Below are positions 30,053 through 42,321 of a stretch of 64,000 bases of DNA, in pieces. A program made the position numbers and the translations under genes. Within the stretch, counting starts at the first letter, position 1; each line of letters opens with the position of its first letter. The notes under the pieces were generated by a model. The model was not told the DNA's origin. It searched no databases and saw nothing but the letters and a program-made list of their open reading frames with translations. Source of the stretch: an uncultured delta proteobacterium (GTDB taxonomy: Bacteria > Desulfobacterota > Desulfobacteria > Desulfobacterales > QNYZ01); the NCBI GenBank assembly GCA_963845145.1, contig CAWJQU010000017.1, positions 1-64,000 on the forward strand, written 5' to 3'.

Positions 30053-31777
30053 TTAAAATGAGGTTGCTTCAATAACCATTTGGGCCTTTTTCGTTTTATT
30101 CCAGCGGTTCCACGCAAGTTTAAAAACGAGGGCATCGATGATTGAAGGGATCTTGGCGCGGGGATCGATATTGAAATGCATGGCCCTCAATATCTGGTGT
30201 GAGGAAGATTGATGTTGTCTTAACTGCAAGCTAAGGTGGCTTTGGCCTAAGATTTTCCAAGAGACTACCTCGATATTGCGTGCCAGGAATAACGGCTGCG
30301 GATTGGTGTTTCCAAAAGGCGACAGTAATTCCAGCTCATCTAATAATCGATCCGTGATATCATTTAGATTGATTTCGCTATCGATCGGCATTTCCGGAAC
30401 GTAGGCTTTTTTCTTCAAGATTTTAGAGACAACCATTTCAAAACGCCGCCGAAAGTCGGCCAGGTTGTTGACGTCGATGGTGACCCCTGCCGCGGCTGCA
30501 TGTCCGCCAAAACCAGTCAGCACTTCGCGGCAGGCCGCTAACCCCCGGTAAAGATCAAAGCCGGGAATGCTGCGGGCAGATCCTTTGCCTGTTCCGTTGT
30601 GCGTGCTGATCAAAACCACGGGGCGCCGGTATTCGTTTAGCAATCGGGCGGCTACAACACCCAAAACACCCTCATGCCAGCCTTCTCCCCACAGGACAAG
30701 GGCCGGGCCTGTTAACAATATGGGATCATTTGTTAAAACCGTATGAATGTGTTCAACCAGATGTTGCTGCACGCCGCGTCGTTCATTGTTCAGGGTTTCG
30801 ATACGCCGGGCGAGTTTATCGGCATCATCCCCATTATCAGCGGCTAACAGGGCGAAGGCTGTCTCGGCATGATCCATTCGGCCGGCTGCGTTTAACCTCG
30901 GGGCCAGGCGGTAGGCAATATCTTCGGAACCAATGGATTCCGGGGAAACCTTGGCATGTTGCAGAAGGGCGGCTACACCCGGGCGCGAATCGTTACCACG
31001 GATCATATCCAGGCCGGTGCGGGCCAATATTCGGTTATCTTCGCGCAATGGTACCATGTCGGCGATGGTTCCCAGGGCGACAAGGTCGCAGACTTTTTTG
31101 AGATTGGGTTCAGTTCGGCCCTGCCAGAACCCGGAATCGCGCAAAAATTTTCGCAGACAGATGAGTACCGCAAAAGTCACCCCGACCCCGGCCAGATCCG
31201 CGAGTCCGGCATCGCAGTCGGGACGTTTAGGGTTCACCACGGCGACGGCGGCCGGAAAGGGCGGCGCAATATTATGATGATCGATGATTATCACATCGAT
31301 GTTCGCCTGTCGGGCCCGGTCAACCGCATCGTGACTGGAAGATCCATTGTCCACGGTGATAACCAGATCGATACCGGCGGGCAGCGCCTTTTTCATAATA
31401 AATTTTGCCGACAGGCCATAGCCGTCATTAATCCGGTGGGGGAGGTAGGTGGTTACCTCGGCATCCACTTCTTTTAGAAAATGGTATAAAACGGTCGTAG
31501 ACGTCACGCCGTCAGCATCATAATCCCCAAATATCAGTATTTTTTCGCGCTGTTTCAAAGCGTGGCCGATCCGTCCGACGGCGGTGCCCATATCCTTTAT
31601 GGCAAACGGTGGTCGCAACCTGGATAAAGATGGGTGCATAAAGGCGGCAACACTTTCCGGCTCCTTAAAACCGCGATTGGCCAGGACCGTGGCTGTTACC
31701 GGGTGGCAGGGAACGGAACGGCGAAGGGTGTCGACAATCTCCGGATCCGAAGGGGTGATTTTCCAGTGAGGGTTCAT
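30053..31777 (-). CDS. recJ: ssDNA-specific exonuclease RecJ
   Basis: GDYDADG, TVDNG, DHH, GTIAD, PRLNAAGR, GSARS, GGH.AAG, PFG.N. Confidence 0.96.
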   Translation of the reverse strand: MNPHWKITPSDPEIVDTLRRSVPCHPVTATVLANRGFKEPESVAAFMHPSLSRLRPPFAIKDMGTAVGRIGHALKQREKILIFGDYDADGVTSTTVLYHFLKEVDAEVTTYLPHRINDGYGLSAKFIMKKALPAGIDLVITVDNGSSSHDAVDRARQANIDVIIIDHHNIAPPFPAAVAVVNPKRPDCDAGLADLAGVGVTFAVLICLRKFLRDSGFWQGRTEPNLKKVCDLVALGTIADMVPLREDNRILARTGLDMIRGNDSRPGVAALLQHAKVSPESIGSEDIAYRLAPRLNAAGRMDHAETAFALLAADNGDDADKLARRIETLNNERRGVQQHLVEHIHTVLTNDPILLTGPALVLWGEGWHEGVLGVVAARLLNEYRRPVVLISTHNGTGKGSARSIPGFDLYRGLAACREVLTGFGGHAAAAGVTIDVNNLADFRRRFEMVVSKILKKKAYVPEMPIDSEINLNDITDRLLDELELLSPFGNTNPQPLFLARNIEVVSWKILGQSHLSLQLRQHQSSSHQILRAMHFNIDPRAKIPSIIDALVFKLAWNRWNKTKKAQMVIEATSF

Positions 31778-31989
31778 GGGTAGATCTATACGGTGTATGG
31801 CGCGTTGCCGCAATTACTAAATGAGATTTCCATAGAGACCGTACCACTGTCCGAACGATCTTACTCGCCGCTCTCCCATGAAAACAATGGCTGCGCCGGG
31901 TTTAAAAATTGCACAATACCGGTTTTGGTATTGAAGTTCTTTTTAGGTGTGTTAGGATATTAACCGAATCCGTTGAAATGTGAGCTATT

Positions 31990-32238
31990 TTGGAAACGAT
32001 TAAAAAATATTACCGGGTCGAGCGTTCACAGATTGCCTATCTACGGTTTATTTTTGAAGCCTATGATGGGCTGGCCAATATTACCACTTTGGATGCCGCT
32101 TTGGGAATGATCGTATTGCGGATTGCCCCTGGTCGTGAATCAACGGCCAAAGCGGTTATCAGCGATCTGCAGAAAACCATCCTAATTGAGCCCGAAACCA
32201 TGAATGTGCATCAAGTTCAACCCGGGGTCGTGTCATGA
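31990..32238 (+). CDS. DUF4911-like small protein
   Basis: IAYLRFIFEAYDGLA.ITTLD motif; ATGA overlap with miaB. Confidence 0.75.
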   Translation: METIKKYYRVERSQIAYLRFIFEAYDGLANITTLDAALGMIVLRIAPGRESTAKAVISDLQKTILIEPETMNVHQVQPGVVS

Positions 32239-33650
32239 ACCCTGATAAAACGGTTTATATTCAGACCATCGGATGCCAGATGAATGTGTACGATTCCGAA
32301 CGAATCGAGGCACTCCTGCGCCCAATCGGCTATCGTGCGGTCCAATCAGCAAACCTGGCCGATCTGATCGTTGTCAACACCTGCGCCATTCGGGCCAAGG
32401 CTGAACAGAAACTTTACAGCCTTTTGGGCCGTCTGGCACCGCTTAAAACCCGGAATCCCGATTTGATTCTGGCCGTGGGGGGGTGTGTGGCCCAGCAGGA
32501 GGGGGCCGCCATGCTTTCCCGTGTGCCTGCACTTGATCTGGTTTTTGGAACAGATGCCCTCGAACGGTTGCCGGTGCTGGTGGAAAAGGTCGCCCTTAAA
32601 AAGGCTCGCATGGTGGATGTGGGGCCGCGTGAGCCCAATGGGGATGGGGATGGGGACGATCGAAAAGCGACCCCACCCGCCGATGAAAATGGGGTCAGCC
32701 GGTTTGTCACCATTATGCGCGGGTGCGATAACTTTTGTACCTATTGCGTTGTGCCGTATGTGCGCGGTCGTGAAATCAGCCGCCCACCGGAACGGATTAT
32801 TACGGAAATAGAGGGGTTGGTGGCCGCCGGTGCAAAGGAAGTGACCCTGTTGGGTCAAAACGTTAACAGCTATGGCAATAAAGAGGGGTTGGCGTCCTTT
32901 TCCGAACTGCTTGAGCGGGTGAATATGGTTGACGGGTTGGAACGCATCCGTTTTACGACATCGCATCCCAAAGATCTGTCCGATGATTTAATTGCGGCAT
33001 TCGGACGCTTAAAAAAACTGTGCCACCACATTCACCTTCCCGTGCAGTCAGGCGCCGATGGGGTTCTTCATCGCATGAATCGTAAATACACCCGTGCCCA
33101 TTTTGTCGAACGGGTGGCTCGCTTGCGGGCAGCCTGTCCGGAGATTGCCATTTCATCGGATATCATTGTGGGGTTTCCCGGGGAAACCGAGGACGAGTTT
33201 CAACGAACCCTCGACCTGCTTGAAAAGATCCGCTTCGACAGCTTATATGCCTTCATGTACTCCGACCGGCCCAATGCAGCGGCGGCCCATTTTAACGACA
33301 AATTGCCGGACAGGGAAAAATCGCGCCGGTTGCAATCCGTTCTGGCGCTTCAGCAGCAGGTGACCCATGAGAAGCATCAGGCACTGGTTGGTACGGAACA
33401 AAAGGTTCTGGTGGAAGGGTACAGTGACGGAGGCACAACCGGGAAGTCCCAGTGGAATGGAAGAACATCAACATTTAAAATTGTCAATTTTCCATGTTCC
33501 GGGGGCCAACCGGCCGGTGAGGCCGATTTAACCGGAACCCTTGTTACGGTGCTTGTTACCAAAGGTTTTTCGCATTCCCTGTTGGGGGAACCTGTGACAC
33601 CGTCATGTGCCACCATCAGCCGAAAAGGAGTCCACAGCCGTGCAGCATAA
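32235..33650 (+). CDS. miaB: tRNA methylthiotransferase MiaB
   Basis: GCQMN.YDS, NTCAIR, GCVAQ, CDNFCTYC radical-SAM motif, C-terminal TRAM domain. Confidence 0.96.
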   Translation: MNPDKTVYIQTIGCQMNVYDSERIEALLRPIGYRAVQSANLADLIVVNTCAIRAKAEQKLYSLLGRLAPLKTRNPDLILAVGGCVAQQEGAAMLSRVPALDLVFGTDALERLPVLVEKVALKKARMVDVGPREPNGDGDGDDRKATPPADENGVSRFVTIMRGCDNFCTYCVVPYVRGREISRPPERIITEIEGLVAAGAKEVTLLGQNVNSYGNKEGLASFSELLERVNMVDGLERIRFTTSHPKDLSDDLIAAFGRLKKLCHHIHLPVQSGADGVLHRMNRKYTRAHFVERVARLRAACPEIAISSDIIVGFPGETEDEFQRTLDLLEKIRFDSLYAFMYSDRPNAAAAHFNDKLPDREKSRRLQSVLALQQQVTHEKHQALVGTEQKVLVEGYSDGGTTGKSQWNGRTSTFKIVNFPCSGGQPAGEADLTGTLVTVLVTKGFSHSLLGEPVTPSCATISRKGVHSRAA

Positions 33651-34134
33651 AGCCACCATCGCCGGATTAACCATCGATTCGGAGTCCAATACACCCATTA
33701 TCATTTTGAAGTCAGAAAAGACCGACCAGGCGGTTCCCATCTGGATCGGGCTTTTAGAAGCCACCGCCATTGCCTCGGCTCTAAAAAAGGTCAATTTCGA
33801 TCGCCCCATGACCCACGATCTTTTTAAAAACCTGGGCGATCGTCTGGATATTGTTGTCTCGAAAGTTGAAGTTTGCGATATTATGGATAACACCTATTTC
33901 GCGCGCATACATTTTCTTTCCAAAGATGAGGCTTTCAGCATGGATGCCCGCCCCAGTGATGCCATCGCCATCGCCCTGCGCTTTGATGCACCCATCTTTT
34001 TGGATGACAAGGTGATTGAAAAATCCCAGATGTCCATGACTGAAAAACCTGAGGTTGCGGATAAAAGCGAGGATGGTAAAAAATGGGCCGAGTACTTAGA
34101 AAGCCTCGACCCGGATGATTTTGGTAAGGTGTAA
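33640..34134 (+). CDS. Bifunctional nuclease family (DUF151)
   Basis: PIWIG..EA, RPMTHDL, DARPSDAIA. Confidence 0.9.
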   Translation: MQHKATIAGLTIDSESNTPIIILKSEKTDQAVPIWIGLLEATAIASALKKVNFDRPMTHDLFKNLGDRLDIVVSKVEVCDIMDNTYFARIHFLSKDEAFSMDARPSDAIAIALRFDAPIFLDDKVIEKSQMSMTEKPEVADKSEDGKKWAEYLESLDPDDFGKV

Positions 34135-34207
34135 GATATTGGTCTTAAGAGCGCATTACTATTTTATTGATACGTTGAAAGGGAATAGCGCGCTTTTCAT
34201 TTGACCG

Positions 34208-35191
34208 CTATACCTCTTTTTTCTGGTCTTCAATCACAGCTTTCAAGATCGCTTCCAGATCGGTAGTAGGGTCAAATCCAATCATTTTCCGTATTTTATC
34301 AATTCCCGGAACCCGTCTTTGCATATCCTCAAAATCTTTTCCAAATGCTTTGTTATACGGTACAAAGGCAATGGATGACGTTGAACCGCAAAGCGCCTTG
34401 ATCTTTTCAGCCAGATTTAAAATGGATACTTCTTCCGTTCCCCCAATATTGATCACCTCACCCGGCGCATGTTCATGGCCCATGAGCCCTAAGAGGGCAT
34501 CTACAACATCTTTCACGTAGGTAAAGGTCCGGGTCTGAGTGCCGTCGCCGTAAACAGTGATGGGCTCATTGGCCAGGGCCTGGGAAACAAATCGAGGAAT
34601 TACCATGCCGTAGGCCCCGGTTTGGCGGGGGCCCACAGTGTTAAATAGCCGTGCGATGATCACGGGCAGGCCATTGGTGCGGTGATAAGCCAGGGCGGTG
34701 AATTCATCCATCAGTTTGGAGGCGGCGTAGCTCCACCTGAATTTGCTGGAGGGGCCATAAATAATATTGTCCGATTCCACTAAGGGGGCATGCAGGTGTT
34801 TTCCGTACACTTCGGATGTGGATGCGATGAGAACCCGTTTTTTAAATTTATCGCACAGGCCCAGAACATGTTCCGTTCCTTGTATGTTGGTGTGAATAGA
34901 TTCCAGGGGGTTTTCAAGTATATAACGAACGCCAACCGCCGCGGCCATGTGAAACACGACATCACAGGTTCCGATTAATTCCAGAATCGGCTCTTTACTC
35001 AGAATGGAGTCAATATGGATGAAAAGTCGGTTTTTATATTTTTCGTCGGCCTGCAGAGGGTCCAAATTTTTCATGGATCCGGTGGAAAGGTCGTCGATAA
35101 TATAAACGTCATCACCTCGGTCTAGACAGGCCTCGGCCAGGTGAGAGCCGATAAACCCTGCCCCCCCGGTGATTAATACGCGCATGCTCAC
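34208..35191 (-). CDS. NAD-dependent nucleotide-sugar epimerase/dehydratase
   Basis: TGGAGFIGSH, STSEVYG, YAASK, RLFNTVGPRQ. Confidence 0.92.
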   Translation of the reverse strand: MSMRVLITGGAGFIGSHLAEACLDRGDDVYIIDDLSTGSMKNLDPLQADEKYKNRLFIHIDSILSKEPILELIGTCDVVFHMAAAVGVRYILENPLESIHTNIQGTEHVLGLCDKFKKRVLIASTSEVYGKHLHAPLVESDNIIYGPSSKFRWSYAASKLMDEFTALAYHRTNGLPVIIARLFNTVGPRQTGAYGMVIPRFVSQALANEPITVYGDGTQTRTFTYVKDVVDALLGLMGHEHAPGEVINIGGTEEVSILNLAEKIKALCGSTSSIAFVPYNKAFGKDFEDMQRRVPGIDKIRKMIGFDPTTDLEAILKAVIEDQKKEV

Positions 35192-35329
35192 CTCTTTATA
35201 TTATAAATTAAAATGTTATGTGTAGTCGTTTAAGTAAAACCTTAACGAGTATTCGTTCAATATTTAAACGGCAATAATTTCGTGGCATAATGATAGCCAC
35301 ACGCTCTATAGGATGGATTACCTGAAAGA

Positions 35330-35599
35330 TCAATCGGATTTGGTAAGTTGCGGATCATCTTTTAAAAACAGGCGATGGTATTCACTTTCGGCCAGATGCG
35401 ACTTCAAAAGACCGGAAAGGCTGAAAAAGAGATCTTTCAACGCTTCATCTTCCATGCGTGGCAACAGGGTCGTTAACAGGGCATCGTCCGATATCTTTTG
35501 CAAATAAACCATAACCGTTTTTTCGTTGGTTTCCCGGTCCAGGCCAAATCCGATCAGGCCGTCATACTCTTCGACGAATCGATGTGTGTGCTGTGACAT
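35330..35599 (-). CDS. Small hypothetical cytoplasmic protein
   Basis: 89-aa ORF with AGGA RBS and protein-like composition. Confidence 0.7.
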   Translation of the reverse strand: MSQHTHRFVEEYDGLIGFGLDRETNEKTVMVYLQKISDDALLTTLLPRMEDEALKDLFFSLSGLLKSHLAESEYHRLFLKDDPQLTKSD

Positions 35600-36141
35600 T
35601 GTCTTTTTTCCTGTAGCCGAACGAACGGCTTTGTTTCAAATATGATCGTTTGAGTTTTATGGTAGATAACGCAAGGTCTGAAAAGTCTCTTGATTGTACG
35701 GGTTAAAAAAACGATATAGGCCATTCGTCCGGATGAATAACCTCGTTGCGGATGTATCGCCAATGGAATATAGCAGCAAGAAACCGAAATAATATACGAT
35801 CACCCCTTGACACGCACCGGAACAGGTTGTATTTAAACTGTTTAGAACAAGAAAACAACTCTCGCAACCGAGCAGACATCGTTCCTCTAAATTGATACTT
35901 CACGGTACAAGTAAAATCCTCCAAACCGACAACCTAAACGTGAGTTCAAATTCAAGATATTGATTCGATATATGCCCGCTGCCATCGAGATCATCGATGC
36001 CCCCCGGCGTCAGTATTTTCCAGGATACCGGCTATTTTTATCCGCATCCGTTTTTTTCCAGCTATCGTCCTTTAAAAATATCGGTTTTAATGGTTCACAT
36101 AATTAAATTTCACAGTCGAAATGGCGCACAGGAGACCCAGA

Positions 36142-37389
36142 ATGAACATTGTTGAGTTAAAGGAAAAGAGCATTAAAGAGCTGGCCCAAATGGCCAAGAA
36201 GTTGAAAATCGAAGGGGCCGGCGGCATGCGTAAGCAGGAGCTCATCTTCACGCTTTTACAAAAACAGATTGAAACCAATGGGATGATTTACGGAGAGGGG
36301 ACGCTGGAAATCCTGCCCGACGGATTCGGCTTTTTGCGTGCGCCCAATTCCAACTACCTCCCAGGGCCGGATGATATATATGTCTCTCCGTCACAGATTC
36401 GGCGCTTTAATCTGCGAACCGGGGATACGGTATCGGGCCAGATTCGACAACCCAAGGAGTCTGAACGATATTTCGCCTTATTAAAAGTGGAAGCCGTTAA
36501 CTATGAAGATCCCGATATTGCTCGGGATAAAATCCTGTTTGATAACCTGACGCCTCTCTATCCGGAACGCAAAACAAACCTTGAAACCGATCCGGAAAAT
36601 TTTTCCACCCGTATCATGGACCTGATGATTCCCATCGGATTCGGGCAGCGGGCCTTGATCGTTTCGCCGCCGCGATCCGGAAAAACCATGTTGTTACAGG
36701 CTGTTGCCAACGCCATTATCGAAAGCCATAAAACCGTTGTCCCGTTTGTGTTGCTCATCGATGAACGGCCCGAGGAAGTGACCGATATGGAGCGAACCGT
36801 GGATGCGGAAGTGATTAGCTCCACGTTTGACGAGCCGGCCGAAAGACATGTGCAGGTGGCCGAGATGGTGATCGAAAAAGCCAAGCGGCTGGTGGAGCAT
36901 AAAAAAGACGTGGTCATCCTGCTGGACAGTATTACGCGTCTGGCCCGGGCTTATAACTCTGTCATGCCACCCAGTGGAAAAATATTGTCCGGTGGTGTGG
37001 ATTCTAACGCCCTGCAACGGCCAAAGCGCTTTTTCGGTGCCGCCAGAAATATTGAGGAAGGGGGTAGCTTGACCATCATTGCCACCGCCTTGATCGACAC
37101 CGGCAGTCGCATGGATGAAGTGATCTTTGAAGAGTTTAAGGGAACGGGCAACATGGAGATCCAGCTGGATCGCAGATTGGCAGACAAACGGGTATTCCCG
37201 GCGTTTGATATCAAGAAGTCGGGGACGCGTAAAGAAGAGCTGCTCTTAGACGAATACGTCCTCAATCGTGTCTGGATCTTAAGAAAACTTTTATCGACAT
37301 TGAGCCCTGTGGATGCCATGGATTTTATGCTCGACAAGATGAATTCGACCAAGACCAATGCCGAGTTTCTGGAATCGATGAATACGTAG
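36142..37389 (+). CDS. rho: Transcription termination factor Rho
   Basis: [44 protein letters not shown]. Confidence 0.98.
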   Translation: MNIVELKEKSIKELAQMAKKLKIEGAGGMRKQELIFTLLQKQIETNGMIYGEGTLEILPDGFGFLRAPNSNYLPGPDDIYVSPSQIRRFNLRTGDTVSGQIRQPKESERYFALLKVEAVNYEDPDIARDKILFDNLTPLYPERKTNLETDPENFSTRIMDLMIPIGFGQRALIVSPPRSGKTMLLQAVANAIIESHKTVVPFVLLIDERPEEVTDMERTVDAEVISSTFDEPAERHVQVAEMVIEKAKRLVEHKKDVVILLDSITRLARAYNSVMPPSGKILSGGVDSNALQRPKRFFGAARNIEEGGSLTIIATALIDTGSRMDEVIFEEFKGTGNMEIQLDRRLADKRVFPAFDIKKSGTRKEELLLDEYVLNRVWILRKLLSTLSPVDAMDFMLDKMNSTKTNAEFLESMNT

Positions 37390-37426
37390 GCATGGGTGTA
37401 AGCTATGTTTGTTTTTGGAGTGCGAC

Positions 37427-37456
37427 TTGACAGATAGGGTTAGATGTAAATATACT
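37427..37456 (+). promoter_or_regulatory. Sigma70-type promoter of rpmE
   Basis: TTGACA-N18-TATACT, 44 nt before the ATG. Confidence 0.65.
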
Positions 37457-37500
37457 TATATGTTTAAATCATTCATTGTGACTTTTGTGATGGAGGAAAG

Positions 37501-37716
37501 ATGAAAGCAAAAATTCACCCGGACTATTTCGATACAACCGTTACCTGTGCCTGCGGTAATGTTATCGAGATTGGGTCCACAAGAAAAGACATACGTGTTG
37601 AAATCTGTTCGAAATGCCATCCGTTTTTTACCGGTAAGCAAAAGTTGGTGGACTCGGCCGGTCGAATCGAACGATTTAAGAGAAAATACGCCAAGTTTCA
37701 ACAAGAGTCTCAATAA
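37501..37716 (+). CDS. rpmE: 50S ribosomal protein L31 (zinc-binding type)
   Basis: [19 protein letters not shown]. Confidence 0.98.
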   Translation: MKAKIHPDYFDTTVTCACGNVIEIGSTRKDIRVEICSKCHPFFTGKQKLVDSAGRIERFKRKYAKFQQESQ

Positions 37717-37723
37717 GTTTATT

Positions 37724-37766
37724 ACCGGCTGACGGCGCCTGTTTAGGCGGTATCAGCCGGTTTTTT
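37724..37766 (+). terminator. Intrinsic terminator after rpmE
   Basis: ACCGGCTGA..CGCCT-GTTT-AGGCG..TCAGCCGGT followed by a T run. Confidence 0.75.
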
Positions 37767-37800
37767 GTATTTTAATCCCGTCTATAGGGGCCTTAGCGTC

Positions 37801-38898
37801 ATGTTCGACAAATTAAAAGGCGTGGAAGATCGATTTGTTGTCATCGAAACACGCATGAGTGATCCTGAGGTTGTCCAGAACCGTGCGGCTTATGAAGCAT
37901 TGAGCCGAGAGCATGCCGAGTTGGGCCCTATCGTCGAAATTTACCGCAACTATCTGCAAAACCAAAAAGCCCTGGCCGACAGTCGGGAGCTACTAAGCGA
38001 AGATGACGAAGAGATGCGCGCCCTGGCCAGGGATGAGATTACACATCTTGAGGAAGAATCCCAGCAACTGACCGAAGCTTTGAAAAAACACCTGGTGCCC
38101 AAAGATCCAAATGATAGAAAAAATGTCATTGTGGAAGTACGGGCCGGTACGGGTGGTGATGAAGCCGCGCTTTTTGCAGCGGAATTGTTTCGTATGTATA
38201 ACCGCTTTGCCGAAAATATGAATTGGAAAGTGGAGTTGATGGGTGCCAGCGCAACAGGTGTCGGTGGTTTTAAGGAAGTCGTCATGATGGTCCACGGTAA
38301 GGGCGCCTATAGTCGATTCAAATTCGAAAGCGGTACCCATCGTGTCCAGCGAGTACCCGTCACCGAAGCGCAGGGGCGGATTCACACCTCTGCTGTTACC
38401 GTCGCGGTTCTACCCGAAGCCGAGGATGTGGATATCCATATCGATCCCGGCGATATCAAAGTGGATGTATACCGTTCTACAGGACCTGGCGGCCAAAGCG
38501 TTAATACCACCGATTCGGCTGTGCGCATTACCCATTTGCCGACCGGCCTGGTGGTCACTTGCCAGGATGAAAAGTCCCAAATCAAAAACAGAGCCAAAGC
38601 GATGAAAGTGTTGCGGGCACGGCTTCTGGATAAAAAAATTCAGGAAGAAAACGAAAAAAGGGCTTCGGAGCGCAAAAGTCAGGTGGGGAGCGGTGACCGA
38701 AGCGGTCGCATTCGAACATATAATTTTCCCCAGGGGCGGGTCACCGACCATCGTATCGGTCTCACCCTTTACAAACTGGAACAAATCCTTCAGGGCGATA
38801 TCGACCAGATCATTGATCCCCTGGTGGCCTATCATCAGGCCCAGGCACTTCAACATTCCCCCGACGCCAGTGAAGACCGGACACAAGACACCCCATGA
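37801..38898 (+). CDS. prfA: Peptide chain release factor 1
   Basis: PVT anticodon motif, GGQ, RTYNFPQ.RVTDHR. Confidence 0.98.
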   Translation: MFDKLKGVEDRFVVIETRMSDPEVVQNRAAYEALSREHAELGPIVEIYRNYLQNQKALADSRELLSEDDEEMRALARDEITHLEEESQQLTEALKKHLVPKDPNDRKNVIVEVRAGTGGDEAALFAAELFRMYNRFAENMNWKVELMGASATGVGGFKEVVMMVHGKGAYSRFKFESGTHRVQRVPVTEAQGRIHTSAVTVAVLPEAEDVDIHIDPGDIKVDVYRSTGPGGQSVNTTDSAVRITHLPTGLVVTCQDEKSQIKNRAKAMKVLRARLLDKKIQEENEKRASERKSQVGSGDRSGRIRTYNFPQGRVTDHRIGLTLYKLEQILQGDIDQIIDPLVAYHQAQALQHSPDASEDRTQDTP

Positions 38899-39766
38899 CG
38901 AGTGGACGATCCTGGCGCTGATCCAATGGACGGCGGCCTATTTTAAGTCTCACCGGATCGACAGCCCCCGATCAACCGCCGAAATTCTTCTGGCCCATGT
39001 TCTCGGCGTTTCTCGCATTGAACTTTACATGCGGTATGATCAGCCCTTAAATCAGAACGAGCGGAACCAGTACAAGAAATTGATTCGGCGCCGCAATCAA
39101 AGAGAACCGGTGGCTTATATTGTGGGTGAAAAAGAGTTCTGGTCAATACCAATGTATGTCAATCATGACGTTCTCATTCCACGCCCGGAAACAGAAGGCC
39201 TCGTTGAGCTAACCCTGGGCGCTATCCCCGAAAATTCCAAAAACACGCCTTACCGTATCCTGGAACTTGGCACCGGATCCGGGGCCATTATTTGTGCATT
39301 GGCCGCCCATCGCCCCCAGCATCTCTTTGTCGCCTCTGATATTAGCGCGAGGGCTCTGGCCGTAGCCGACCGCAACCTTAGCCGGAATGTGCCGGATACG
39401 TCGGTCCGTCTAATCTGCAGCGACCTGTTTTCAGCGTTTCACCCCCAACTGGCACGTTTTGACATTATCGTTTCCAATCCCCCCTATATCGCCACGGCCG
39501 ACATTAATGGCCTTGAGCCGGAGATTACCCGGTATGAACCGCACAAGGCCCTGGACGGCGGTACAGACGGCCTGGCAATATCGGCGCAGATTATACAGAC
39601 GGCTCCAGCATATCTTAGGCCTGGAGGGGTGTTAATGCTTGAGATCGGGCACGATCAATTTCAAAGCCTGCGGTCGATAGCCTCACAAAGGGCCGGTTTT
39701 GAACAGGTAACGGTCCAAAAGGATTTTAGTGGGCTTGATCGCGTCATGCGCATGGTTAAACCTTGA
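38870..39766 (+). CDS. prmC: Release factor glutamine methyltransferase
   Basis: [26 protein letters not shown]; start codon inferred. Confidence 0.95.
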   Translation: MKTGHKTPHDEWTILALIQWTAAYFKSHRIDSPRSTAEILLAHVLGVSRIELYMRYDQPLNQNERNQYKKLIRRRNQREPVAYIVGEKEFWSIPMYVNHDVLIPRPETEGLVELTLGAIPENSKNTPYRILELGTGSGAIICALAAHRPQHLFVASDISARALAVADRNLSRNVPDTSVRLICSDLFSAFHPQLARFDIIVSNPPYIATADINGLEPEITRYEPHKALDGGTDGLAISAQIIQTAPAYLRPGGVLMLEIGHDQFQSLRSIASQRAGFEQVTVQKDFSGLDRVMRMVKP

Positions 39767-39834
39767 ATATTCGAAGGAAACGATCAGAGAATGGGTCTTT
39801 TTAGAACCGGCAGGGCATTTTTTTTAAAAAATGA

Positions 39835-39863
39835 TTGCGTCTGATTAAATCAATTGTTATTAT
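39835..39863 (+). promoter_or_regulatory. Sigma70-type promoter of rpsB-tsf
   Basis: TTGCGT-N17-TATTAT with extended -10 TG. Confidence 0.6.
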
Positions 39864-39877
39864 TCCAAGGTTTATAA

Positions 39878-39972
39878 TTCACACGCCTTTTGAATGTCGG
39901 AACCGGGTGCTTTACCTCTTAGATGGGTTAAAAAAGGTAAAGTCGGTTCAGGGTCTATGAAGGCGGAGGCTA
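39878..39972 (+). ncRNA. rpsB leader (t44-like S2 autoregulatory RNA)
   Basis: CACACGCCTT...GGGTGC TTTACC..GGTAAAG...GGG...AAGGCGGAGGC nested stems in the rpsB 5' UTR. Confidence 0.7.
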
Positions 39973-40001
39973 AAAAAACCCAAATTAAAGGAGTTAGAGA
40001 G

Positions 40002-40919
40002 ATGGCAGCAAGCATTACCATGAAAGAGCTACTGGAGTCAGGCGTTCACTTTGGTCATCAGACCAAGCGCTGGAATCCGAAAATGAAACCTTACATTTTC
40101 GGCGCACGCAATGGCATCTACATTATCGATCTGCAACAAACCGTTCATATGTTCAACCGGGCCTATGACTTTATCACGGATTTGGTTTCGAACGGCGGTA
40201 CGGTATTGTTTGTGGGCACGAAAAAGCAAGCACGGGAATCTATCTATGAGGAAGCCAACCGGTGCGAAATGTATTATGTGCATAATCGCTGGCTGGGTGG
40301 CATGTTGACCAACTTTCAGACCATTAAAAAGAGTATCAACCGTTTAAATCATTTAAACGATATTGAAAACGACGGATCGATTAACCTTTATCCAAAGAAA
40401 GAGCGGCTGTTGCTGGGCAAGGAGCGCCAAAAGCTGGACGCCAACCTGGGTGGGATCCGCAACATGACCCGGGTACCCGCTGCCGTGTTTATCATCGATC
40501 CAAAAAATGAAAATATTGCCGTGCTTGAAGCCAGACGGTTGAATATTCCCATTATCGCCATTGTCGATACCAATTGCGATCCTGATCTGATCGATTACAT
40601 CATTCCGGGCAACGATGATGCGATTCGAGCTATTCGACTGATCTCTTCCAAAATTGCCGAGGCATGCATCAAGGGCCGGGAACGAATGGCCGAAAAAGAA
40701 CAGGCGGCTACCGATAAGGCTCAAGAAGTAGAAAAGACCGAAGTCGTAACGGTCAGCGCGGACTTAAAACCCGGTGAGCGCAAGGTTATTTCGGAAGGCG
40801 GCAAAGGGCCAGTGGTTGAAGTGATCAAACGATCCGCCACAGGGGTACCCGACGCCGTGTCGGAAGAAGTCTCGGCAGCACCTGAAAAAGCCGGCGAAGA
40901 GCCTGAACCGGAAGTGTAA
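40002..40919 (+). CDS. rpsB: 30S ribosomal protein S2 with acidic C-terminal extension
   Basis: [31 protein letters not shown]. Confidence 0.98.
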   Translation: MAASITMKELLESGVHFGHQTKRWNPKMKPYIFGARNGIYIIDLQQTVHMFNRAYDFITDLVSNGGTVLFVGTKKQARESIYEEANRCEMYYVHNRWLGGMLTNFQTIKKSINRLNHLNDIENDGSINLYPKKERLLLGKERQKLDANLGGIRNMTRVPAAVFIIDPKNENIAVLEARRLNIPIIAIVDTNCDPDLIDYIIPGNDDAIRAIRLISSKIAEACIKGRERMAEKEQAATDKAQEVEKTEVVTVSADLKPGERKVISEGGKGPVVEVIKRSATGVPDAVSEEVSAAPEKAGEEPEPEV

Positions 40920-40991
40920 GTAAAACTTATTTATTTTTATGAACGACGGATCGATGCGGTCTCAGACGTTTAGGAATCAGGAGAGAAGAAA

Positions 40992-41588
40992 ATGTCAGAA
41001 ATAACAGCAGCAATGGTAAAACAGCTCAGGGAGAAATCCGGGGCAGGCATGATGGATTGTAAAAAAGCCCTGGTTGAAAGCGACGGTGATATTGAAAAGG
41101 CGATCGAATATCTTCGTAAAAAAGGGATCGCCACAGCTCAAAAACGGTCCGGACGCTCTTTGTCCGAGGGGACCATCCAGACATATATTCACATGGGCGG
41201 AAAGCTTGGGGTCATGGTCGAGGTAGGCTGCGAAACCGACTTCGTAGCTAAAAACGAAGACTTTGTTGCCTTTGCCAGAGATATCGCTATGCATGTGGCC
41301 GCCACCAATCCGGTGGGCATTGCTCAGGATGATGTTCCCAAGGAATTGATTGACAAGGAGCTTGAGATTTACAAAAGCCAGGCCCTTGATATGGGAAAAC
41401 CGGAAAATATCGTGGATAAGATTGCCGAGGGTAAACTCGGTAAATTTTTCAAAGAAAATTGCCTGCTGGACCAGCCATTTGTGAAAGACCCCGACAAAAC
41501 AGTGGGGGACCTTTTAAATGAGTTGATTGCCAAAATTGGTGAAAATTTATCCATTAAACGTTTTGTCCGTTTTCAGGTAGGAGAGTAA
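40992..41588 (+). CDS. tsf: Elongation factor Ts (short form)
   Basis: [21 protein letters not shown]. Confidence 0.98.
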   Translation: MSEITAAMVKQLREKSGAGMMDCKKALVESDGDIEKAIEYLRKKGIATAQKRSGRSLSEGTIQTYIHMGGKLGVMVEVGCETDFVAKNEDFVAFARDIAMHVAATNPVGIAQDDVPKELIDKELEIYKSQALDMGKPENIVDKIAEGKLGKFFKENCLLDQPFVKDPDKTVGDLLNELIAKIGENLSIKRFVRFQVGE

Positions 41589-41595
41589 CAGACCC

Positions 41596-42321
41596 GTGAC
41601 CGATCCAAAATACAAACGTGTCATGCTCAAACTGAGCGGCGAGGCCCTGATGGGTGATCAACACTTCGGAATAGATCCGGATACCATTCGGTATGTCGCC
41701 GAAGAAGTGAAAACCGCCTGCGACTTGGGGATCCAAATGGCCCTGGTGGTTGGGGGAGGTAATATCTTTCGTGGTGTTGCCGCGAGTTCCTTTGGAATGG
41801 ACCGGGCGTCGGCCGATCATATGGGTATGCTGGCCACAGTGATCAACAGCCTGGCACTACAGGATGCGCTGGAAAGGGCGGGAGTAACGACTCGCGTTCA
41901 GACGGCCATATCCATGCACGAGTTGGCCGAACCCTATATATTGCGCCGGGCGGTTCGCCACCTTGAAAAAAACCGGGTGGTAATCTTTGCCGCCGGTACA
42001 GGCAACCCTTATTTTACGACCGATACGGCTGCAGCGTTGCGTGCTAATGAAATTCAAGCCGATGTGTTTTTAAAGGCTACCAAGGTGGATGGACTATACA
42101 ACAAGGATCCGGTCAAGCATGCCGATGCCACTTTTCTGCGGCAGGTGACCTATATGGAAGTTCTTGAGAAACAGCTGCGTGTAATGGACTTGACCGCCAT
42201 ATCTTTGTCCATGGAAAATGAGTTACCCCTGGTGGTATTTAATCTCAATACGCCGGGAAATATTCGTCGGGTTGTTTGCGGCGAAGCGGTCGGTACCCGG
42301 ATTGATAATAATCTGAAATAA
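41596..42321 (+). CDS. pyrH: UMP kinase
   Basis: [23 protein letters not shown]. Confidence 0.98.
   Translation: MTDPKYKRVMLKLSGEALMGDQHFGIDPDTIRYVAEEVKTACDLGIQMALVVGGGNIFRGVAASSFGMDRASADHMGMLATVINSLALQDALERAGVTTRVQTAISMHELAEPYILRRAVRHLEKNRVVIFAAGTGNPYFTTDTAAALRANEIQADVFLKATKVDGLYNKDPVKHADATFLRQVTYMEVLEKQLRVMDLTAISLSMENELPLVVFNLNTPGNIRRVVCGEAVGTRIDNNLK

Noticed and set aside
35282..35300. Sigma54 promoter (GG-N10-GC on both strands)
   Set aside because: The spacing arises from the GTGGC...GCCAC palindrome and lacks TTGC; it could equally be a hairpin.
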